Shown here piece after piece: positions 7,985-13,223 of a stretch of DNA of 13,223 bases (position 1 is its first letter; every line of letters begins with the position of its first letter). The position numbers and the translations under genes were made by a program. Source of the DNA: Armatimonadota bacterium (GTDB taxonomy: Bacteria > Armatimonadota > UBA5829 > DTLH01). The stretch spans positions 1 through 13,223 of the forward strand of contig JBDKUN010000049.1 in the NCBI GenBank assembly GCA_039679675.1. Reading direction: 5' to 3'. The notes under the pieces are model-generated. The model did no database searches. It was not told the origin of the DNA and worked only from the letters and a program-made list of their open reading frames with translations.

Positions 7985-9941
7985 ACTTCAGTATGTGATC
8001 GATGGCTATGTGAACAGCAAGTTCTATAAGTCCATCAAAAGCGCTCAGAATGCAATTGCCAGGACGAATAACTTTCTGAAGGGCAATAATACACTCCAGG
8101 CGCAGAGCGCAGCTGCAGCAAAAAAAGCGGCTCGGAGTAACTCTTTATTAGGGAGTGGACTGCTCAAAACGGCCCTGGGTGCAGCCGGCGCCTATATCGG
8201 GTTTTCAACATTGAGCGATGGATACAAAGAGTGTATTGCCAAAGCTGAAGAGCAAATGACGGTTACAAACCGCCTGCGCACCCTGATGATGAACCACAAA
8301 GGGACTACACTCGCGCAGGTAAAAGCACTTCAGGCATATGATAGCAAGCTCTCTGAGACGACAGTCTTAACCGGTAAAGCATTAATGGCCGGACAATCCG
8401 AGCTCGCAAGCTACCAGATGTCTGCAAAAGCAATTAAAGCCCTTTCACCGGCACTTGCAAATCTTACAGTCGGGCAGTTTGGCCTGCATGCTAGCCAGGA
8501 GCAGGCCCAGCAATCCGCGAAGTTCCTCGGAAAAGCATTTACGGGGAATATCACGGCCTTTAAGCGGCTGGGAATTACACTCACGAAGGATCAGCAAAAG
8601 GTACTGCAGCACGGCAAGGAATCGCAGAAAACGGCGCTTATTCTCGATTTGGTGAAGCGAAAATACGGCGATCTCGCTGTTACTGCCGCCAATACTCCGA
8701 TCGGAAGGCAAATACAGATCAACAAGGCTTGGAACAAGATAAAAACAACAATCGGGATGGGCTTATATCCGATCCAGGAGAAACTGCTGAAGTACTTGGC
8801 AAACCATCTGCCTCAGATCAAGGCTTTTGTCGAGCAGATAATCGTTAAAGTACAGGGCTGGGCAAAGAGCCTCAAACCGGTCTGGAGCTTTGCTTATAAA
8901 ATAGGCACTGGGATTGTGAAGCACTGGTCAGCAATCCGGCCGGTTGTATTTGGCATAATTGCAGCCATACTCACCTGGAAAGCCGTTATCGGCGCTGTAA
9001 CTATAGTCGAAAGAACGCTCAATACAATCGAACGCATACAATTGGGCTATACGAAGGCTAAGATAATTGCTACAAAAGCGGCGGCAGCAGCGCAATGGCT
9101 CTGGAATACATCACTTGCAGGATGTCCAATTATCCTTGTTATTGCCGGGGTAGCTGCTCTTATCGCAGGAATCTATCTACTCATCAAGAACTGGGACAAG
9201 GTCAAGTCTGCCATGTCCCGCGCATGGCAGTGGTTCATCCGGTTTGCAACTGAAGGCCCTGGGCGGTTCATCCCGGTCATAAGCATTATTGGATTGGTAG
9301 CCAAGCATTGGGATGTTGTTAAGGCAGCTATCGTGCGGGCCTGGCGATGGGTTGTAAGGTTCGTAGTAAGAGCAAGTAATTTTATTCCGGTCATTGCTGC
9401 TATAAAGTTCTTAATAAAGCACTGGGATTTGATCAAATCAGCTGTCATCAGAGCCTATATCTGGGTTAAGAACTTCGTCATTAAGGCAAGCAATTTCAAT
9501 CCTATTGTAATAGCCATAAAGTCGATCATCAAATATTGGGATAAAATCACAGAGGCAATTCAGAAAGCTTGGAATCTGGCTAAGAAGTTCGGTTCGTTCA
9601 CCTTTAAGTTTACTCCTGTCGGAGTAGCCACAAATATGGCTCAGCGTATCGCTGGTAGGCGCGCTTCTGGTGGTCCGGTATCGGCTGGAAGACGGTATCT
9701 TGTCGGCGAGCGAGGACCTGAGTATTTCGTGCCGAAGATCAGCGGAATGATACTCCCGAATAAAGCTCCACGGATGGCTGCGGCCGGATCCGGGGCGGGT
9801 GGAGGCATAACGATAAACCTTACGATCAACACGACCGGGAGCAGCGGCAATGTCGAAAGCGGACTTAAGCAGGGAACGGATTATCTGATTCGGGAGCTTA
9901 GAAAGCTTGCAAGAGATGAGGAGAGAAGGTCGTTTGCCTGA
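7965..9941 (+). CDS. Tail tape measure protein
   Basis: 658 aa, Ala-rich and helical, with hydrophobic segments, periodic Trp repeats and the C-terminal RASGGPV...YLVGERGPE motif; follows the chaperone genes. Confidence 0.93.
   Translation: MAVKKSELQYVIDGYVNSKFYKSIKSAQNAIARTNNFLKGNNTLQAQSAAAAKKAARSNSLLGSGLLKTALGAAGAYIGFSTLSDGYKECIAKAEEQMTVTNRLRTLMMNHKGTTLAQVKALQAYDSKLSETTVLTGKALMAGQSELASYQMSAKAIKALSPALANLTVGQFGLHASQEQAQQSAKFLGKAFTGNITAFKRLGITLTKDQQKVLQHGKESQKTALILDLVKRKYGDLAVTAANTPIGRQIQINKAWNKIKTTIGMGLYPIQEKLLKYLANHLPQIKAFVEQIIVKVQGWAKSLKPVWSFAYKIGTGIVKHWSAIRPVVFGIIAAILTWKAVIGAVTIVERTLNTIERIQLGYTKAKIIATKAAAAAQWLWNTSLAGCPIILVIAGVAALIAGIYLLIKNWDKVKSAMSRAWQWFIRFATEGPGRFIPVISIIGLVAKHWDVVKAAIVRAWRWVVRFVVRASNFIPVIAAIKFLIKHWDLIKSAVIRAYIWVKNFVIKASNFNPIVIAIKSIIKYWDKITEAIQKAWNLAKKFGSFTFKFTPVGVATNMAQRIAGRRASGGPVSAGRRYLVGERGPEYFVPKISGMILPNKAPRMAAAGSGAGGGITINLTINTTGSSGNVESGLKQGTDYLIRELRKLARDEERRSFA
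9186..9590 (+). repeat. About 3.5 degenerate 38-39 aa repeats within the tape measure gene
   Basis: K-[NHY]-W-D units start at 9186, 9303, 9417 and 9531 (spacing 117, 114, 114 nt). Confidence 0.85.
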
Positions 9942-9971
9942 AAATAGCCGAATAATCTTCTCTCATAGCGC

Positions 9972-10000
9972 TTGACACGTGTTTAAATACGTGCTACTCT
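9972..10000 (+). promoter_or_regulatory. Sigma70-type promoter of hicAB
   Basis: TTGACA (9972-9977), 17-nt spacer, TACTCT (9995-10000) preceded by TGn (extended -10). Confidence 0.8.
9976..9993. promoter_or_regulatory. Palindromic operator, probable HicB binding site
   Basis: CACGTGTTTAAATACGTG is an 18-bp inverted repeat with a single mismatched pair, covering the promoter spacer. Confidence 0.72.
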
Positions 10001-10020
10001 GCGTATAGATGGAGAGGGAT

Positions 10021-10215
10021 ATGAAAGCTTACTCATCAAAAGACGTTATAAGGGTTCTCGAAAGCGACGGATGGGAGTTTGTGAGGTGCTCAGGCAGTCA
10101 TCACATATATAAGCATGATTCGAAGCCCGGGCTGGTAGTTGTGCCGCATCCGAAGAAGGTAATCCCGATAGGAACGCTGAGGAGTATAGCGCAGCAAGCC
10201 GGAATATCTCTCTAA
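10021..10215 (+). CDS. hicA: HicA family toxin (mRNA interferase), type II TA
   Basis: 64 aa from ATG 10021 (SD GGAGAGG): SSKDVIRVLESDGW...GSHHIYKH...VVVPHPKK..PIGTLRSI..QAG. The GSH catalytic His is intact. An alternative in-frame ATG lies at 10009. Confidence 0.95.
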   Translation: MKAYSSKDVIRVLESDGWEFVRCSGSHHIYKHDSKPGLVVVPHPKKVIPIGTLRSIAQQAGISL

Positions 10216-10236
10216 TCTTCTGCAAGGAGTACGGAT

Positions 10237-10641
10237 ATGGGAAAAGACGTTCGAATTTACCCTGCAATATTTGAATATGCTGACGATGGGATATCTATCT
10301 CGTTTCCAGACCTGCCGGGCTGTTTCTCGTGCGCGGATACCGACGAAGAAGCACTTATGATGGCCAAGGATGCTCTGGGACTGATGCTCTATACTATGGA
10401 GCTTGAAGGTCGTGAGTTACCGGAGCCGTCACCACTCAAAGATATTGCTACCGAGCCGGACCAGAAGGCTGTGCTGATCGACGTATTTATGCCTCTTGTA
10501 CGAAGGGCCATAGACACGGCATCAGTCAAAAAGACATTGACTATCCCTGCGTGGCTCAACAGACTGGCAGAAGAGAAGCACATCAACTTTTCTCAGACGC
10601 TGCAGGAAGCTTTGAAAGATGAACTGGGAATAGCGTCCTGA
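10237..10641 (+). CDS. hicB: HicB family antitoxin with C-terminal RHH-like DNA-binding domain
   Basis: YPAIF...FPDLPGCFS...EEAL..AKDAL, PEPS, then VKKTLTIPAWLN..AE...INFSQTLQEAL; SD AAGGAG; directly after hicA. Confidence 0.95.
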   Translation: MGKDVRIYPAIFEYADDGISISFPDLPGCFSCADTDEEALMMAKDALGLMLYTMELEGRELPEPSPLKDIATEPDQKAVLIDVFMPLVRRAIDTASVKKTLTIPAWLNRLAEEKHINFSQTLQEALKDELGIAS

Positions 10642-10652
10642 AGATCAACTAC

Positions 10653-10808
10653 AGAGTTTCAGGAGATAAAGTAACAGCCTTACAGCTATATAAAAGTTCT
10701 CTGATGTAGCTTTATCTGTTGATTTTACACTTATACCTGAAACTCTTCCGGGAGATTTTCGGCAACAGACAATATATGATTGGCCGTTAATTAATCAGCC
10801 GAAAATCT
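10653..10808. repeat. Two adjacent long inverted repeats (structured non-coding region downstream of hicB)
   Basis: AGAGTTTCAGG (10653-10663) / CCTGAAACTCT (10736-10746) and AGATTTTCGGC (10753-10763) / GCCGAAAATCT (10798-10808) are both perfect 11-bp inverted repeats with additional inner stems. Confidence 0.75.
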
Positions 10809-10832
10809 ATAATACAACCTGATTATTATTCT

Positions 10833-10867
10833 AACCCCTGCGATGTAGGAACATCCGGGGGTTTTTT
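10833..10867 (+). terminator. Intrinsic terminator closing the hicAB cassette
   Basis: AACCCCTG/CGGGGGTT plus GATGT/ACATC stems, single C bulge, AGGA loop, T6 run at 10862-10867. Confidence 0.75.
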
Positions 10868-10880
10868 ATTGGCTGGTACT

Positions 10881-11093
10881 ATGGCAAATTATCAAGACAT
10901 CTACATAACGAACACCGGCGACCAGTGGGATCTCATCGCCTATAACGTCTATAGCAAAGAGAAGTTCATGACGGAGCTGCTTGCGGCCAATCCTGAATAT
11001 CGGGATATTGTTGTTTTTGATGCCGGTGTCAGAATTGTCTGCCCTGACATCGATGTCGAGAGCGCAAGCCCGCTGCCCCCGTGGAAGAGTTGA
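10881..11093 (+). CDS. Tail protein X (P2 gpX, LysM-like baseplate protein)
   Basis: YITxxGDxWDLIAYxVY...LLAANP...FDAGV...PPWK. The start is either ATG 10881 or TTG 10869. Confidence 0.9.
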   Translation: MANYQDIYITNTGDQWDLIAYNVYSKEKFMTELLAANPEYRDIVVFDAGVRIVCPDIDVESASPLPPWKS

Positions 11094-12187
11094 AGACCAT
11101 GAGCAATCTACTAAAATCCGGCGGGCTGACGGTTATCATCGGGCCGTCCAGGTCCATCCCGCAGGATGTCCGCAAAGGTCGAGAAGAAACTGATCTCGCC
11201 AGACGCGCGGGTGTCCGGGTGATCTATGAAACTACGGACATCACGACGGACATAGCGCCCTGGCTCCTCAGTGTGGAGTTCACGGACGGCATAGACAAGG
11301 CGGACGATCTGCAGCTTACCTTGTGGGATGACGGCCGCTGGCGCGGTTCCTGGGCTCCGGATGAAGGCGCGAAGCTTACCGCGGAGATACACCTGATCGA
11401 AAACGGTAAGACGGTCCGTCTTCCGTGCGGAGTCTTTTCGATAGACGAGCTTGAGGCTTCCGGGTTCCCGCAGACTGTGACCATAAAGGCAATATCGGCA
11501 TTTGTGACAACTGCAATCCGAAGAGACGAGAAAACCAGGGCTTGGGAAAACATCGACTTTATGGGGATTGCCCGGACTATTGCAGACAAGGCGGGCATTC
11601 TCCTTCTATACTCCGCGCGAAACAATCCGGAGTATAAGCGGATCGATCAGAAGAGTAAATCCGACCTGGCTTTCCTGCAGGACCTTGGGGACCGTGAAGG
11701 CCTAAGAGTTAAAGTATCAGATGGGAAGCTTATCATCTTTTCACAGGCTGACTATGATTCCAATGCGGCCATTGATACCTACCGATGGCTCGATCCACGT
11801 GTGACCGGCTACTCATTTACATCCGGCGTCACGTCGGCTTACAGCAAGGCGAAAATCAAATACCGTGATCCTCGTTCCAAGAAGATGATCGAGTGTGTCT
11901 ATACTCCGCCTGATGCGCCGGAGACCGGCCAAACACTGAGAATTAATGAGCGCTGCAGCTCACTGGCGGAGGCCGAGAGAGTCGAAAAGAACAGGCTCGC
12001 AGCAAAGAACCGAGGTATCAAGGGCGCTCGCCTGGACCTGGTCGGAGATCCCCGGCTCGTAGCCGGTCAGAACATCAAAGTAACAGGCTATGGCTCGAAA
12101 TGCGATGGCAGTTATGCCATCGAGGAGGCTACGCACTCGCTCTGGCCGTATACGACCAGTTTAGGTTTGAGGAAGATCAATGGATAA
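11081..12187 (+). CDS. Baseplate hub protein (P2 gpD / late control D family)
   Basis: Motifs DITxDIAPWLLS.EFTD, ADDLQLTL, G.FSIDE, DQ...SDLAFLQ.L, GDPRLVAG and IEEATH. The exact start is uncertain (GTG 11081 or ATG 11099). Confidence 0.9.
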   Translation: MEELKTMSNLLKSGGLTVIIGPSRSIPQDVRKGREETDLARRAGVRVIYETTDITTDIAPWLLSVEFTDGIDKADDLQLTLWDDGRWRGSWAPDEGAKLTAEIHLIENGKTVRLPCGVFSIDELEASGFPQTVTIKAISAFVTTAIRRDEKTRAWENIDFMGIARTIADKAGILLLYSARNNPEYKRIDQKSKSDLAFLQDLGDREGLRVKVSDGKLIIFSQADYDSNAAIDTYRWLDPRVTGYSFTSGVTSAYSKAKIKYRDPRSKKMIECVYTPPDAPETGQTLRINERCSSLAEAERVEKNRLAAKNRGIKGARLDLVGDPRLVAGQNIKVTGYGSKCDGSYAIEEATHSLWPYTTSLGLRKING

Positions 12188-12581
12188 TCTTGGGCTTATA
12201 CGGATCGGAATAGTCACGAAGATCGATGCAGCTCGCGCCTGCGTCCGCGTGACGTTCGATGATCTCGATTCAGATGATACGGAAGGGCTCCTTTCTGACT
12301 GGCTGCCTGTCATTCAGCACGGAAGCACGGAGGATGCCGGGTATTGGCTCCCGAATGTCGGCGCTCAGGTCCTATGCGCTATGCAGAGCAATGCGTTAGA
12401 GGTCGGCTATTGTGTAGGTACAGTCTATAACGACGAGGATACTCCGACGAAAACCGGCCTTGGAGTCTGGTATAAGCGGTTTCGGGACGGTACGGTGATC
12501 GAATACGATCCGGCATCCGGAGTGAAAATAGATACCCCGCTGAATGTAACTATCAGCGGGGCAAGGGTGGACATAAACTAA
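12180..12581 (+). CDS. Baseplate spike protein (P2 gpV-like), short
   Basis: OB-fold pattern RIGIVT.ID...RVTFDD...SDWLPV...WLP.VG.QV and F.DGTVIEYD, then a short beta-helix. Confidence 0.9.
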   Translation: MDNLGLIRIGIVTKIDAARACVRVTFDDLDSDDTEGLLSDWLPVIQHGSTEDAGYWLPNVGAQVLCAMQSNALEVGYCVGTVYNDEDTPTKTGLGVWYKRFRDGTVIEYDPASGVKIDTPLNVTISGARVDIN

Positions 12582-12844
12582 TGGCACAGGTTGCGAGACT
12601 CGGAGATACATCTAGCCACGGTGGGACCATCATAAGCGCTTCAGAGACGGTTTTCGTAAACGGTATAGCCGTAGCCAGGGTCGGAGACCTGCACTCCTGC
12701 CCGGTTCCAGGCCACGGAATAACGCCTGTCGTGACCGGATCATCCGTCGCATTCTCAGGCGGCAAGGCCATAGCGCGTATAGGCGATACTGCCGGATGCG
12801 GCGCCGTTATCAACTCAGGTTCGCCGGATGCAGAAGCCGGTTAG
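12581..12844 (+). CDS. PAAR-domain spike tip protein
   Basis: Three repeats (VARLGD, VARVGD, IARIGD) with His/Cys putative metal ligands (SHGG, CPVPGHG, GCG); TAATG coupling to the spike gene. Confidence 0.93.
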   Translation: MAQVARLGDTSSHGGTIISASETVFVNGIAVARVGDLHSCPVPGHGITPVVTGSSVAFSGGKAIARIGDTAGCGAVINSGSPDAEAG

Positions 12845-13223
12845 CGGTTCATATTCATCCGGTCCTTGAGTGCTTCCTGCAGCACTCGCGAGAAGTTAAA
12901 GCCGTATTTCTCTGCAGCGATATTGAGCCATTCCGGCAATGTCACGGTGCGCTTCACATACTTAGGCTTTAACTGCGCCCTGACTATCGGCATATAGACC
13001 TCTATTAACACAGCCCGCTCGTTAGACTGTAGAGGTATATCTACCAGCTTCATAGGCTCAGGTATAGGCGTTCTGTCTTCCTCGTCAGCAAAGAGGCGAG
13101 ACGCCAGTGCATCCTGAGCATTTTTTACGGCTTCTTCATCCGAGTCGGCTTCGGAGATGCAGCCGGGAAAATCCGGAAAGGTGATCGTTATCCCTTCCGG
13201 TTCATACTGAAATACAGCCGGAA
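12841..13223 (-). CDS. hicB: Second HicB family antitoxin (5' end outside window)
   Basis: The frame of ORF 12841..13053 stays open to the window end: PAVFQYEPEGITITFPDFPGCISEADSDEEAVKNAQDAL...VKRTVTLPEWLNIAAEKYGFNFSRVLQEAL. It aligns without gaps to the first HicB. Confidence 0.93.
   Translation of the reverse strand, partial: PAVFQYEPEGITITFPDFPGCISEADSDEEAVKNAQDALASRLFADEEDRTPIPEPMKLVDIPLQSNERAVLIEVYMPIVRAQLKPKYVKRTVTLPEWLNIAAEKYGFNFSRVLQEALKDRMNMNR

Larger units (their letters stand above)
1..13223 (+). mobile_element. Phage/prophage head-tail morphogenesis module (contractile-tailed)
   Basis: Contiguous co-oriented genes from portal to PAAR. The window cannot show whether the element is integrated or complete. 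Confidence 0.95.

Noticed and set aside
10641..10726. Possible integron attC site after hicB (AAC...GTT complementary ends)
   Set aside because: GATCAAC and GTTGATT do not match RYYYAAC/GTTRRRY, the L boxes are not properly spaced, and there is no integrase or cassette array in view.
10808..10813. Perfect TATAAT upstream of gpX
   Set aside because: There is no -35 at 16-18 nt and no TG extension, the context is AT-rich, and a terminator follows immediately, so it is not called as a promoter.
10842..10855. AGGA hairpin loop as a CsrA/RsmA site
   Set aside because: It is a single GGA loop whose flanks do not match the CANGGANG consensus, and the host is unknown.
5398..12844. Tailocin, eCIS or T6SS interpretation based on sheath, tube, spike and PAAR
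   Set aside because: Portal, protease, decoration and capsid genes are present in the same operon, so this is a phage.
1..13223. CRISPR array, tRNA, IS element, intron/intein or alternative genetic code
   Set aside because: I saw no regularly spaced repeats, cloverleaf, transposase or interrupted gene. TAA, TAG and TGA all end genes at expected lengths.

Overview
The window is the virion morphogenesis (late) region of a tailed phage or prophage, with a lambda-like head module and a P2-like contractile tail. The + strand carries, in order: portal 3' end, ClpP-type prohead protease/scaffold, head decoration protein, major capsid protein, four head-tail connector/completion genes, a small hypothetical, tail sheath, tail tube, tail assembly chaperone with a -1 frameshift extension, tape measure protein, gpX, gpD, a gpV-like spike and a PAAR tip. 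Two toxin-antitoxin-related insertions interrupt the tail module. The first is a complete hicA-hicB cassette between tape measure and gpX, with its own sigma70-type promoter, an 18-bp palindromic operator, a ~230-nt structured 3' region and a terminator. The second is a divergent hicB paralogue on the minus strand that overlaps the PAAR stop codon and runs off the window end. Three intrinsic-terminator-like hairpins inside the late operon are each preceded by a CACAA-containing A/C-rich leader. All family calls come from motif recognition and gene order; no database search or folding program was run.
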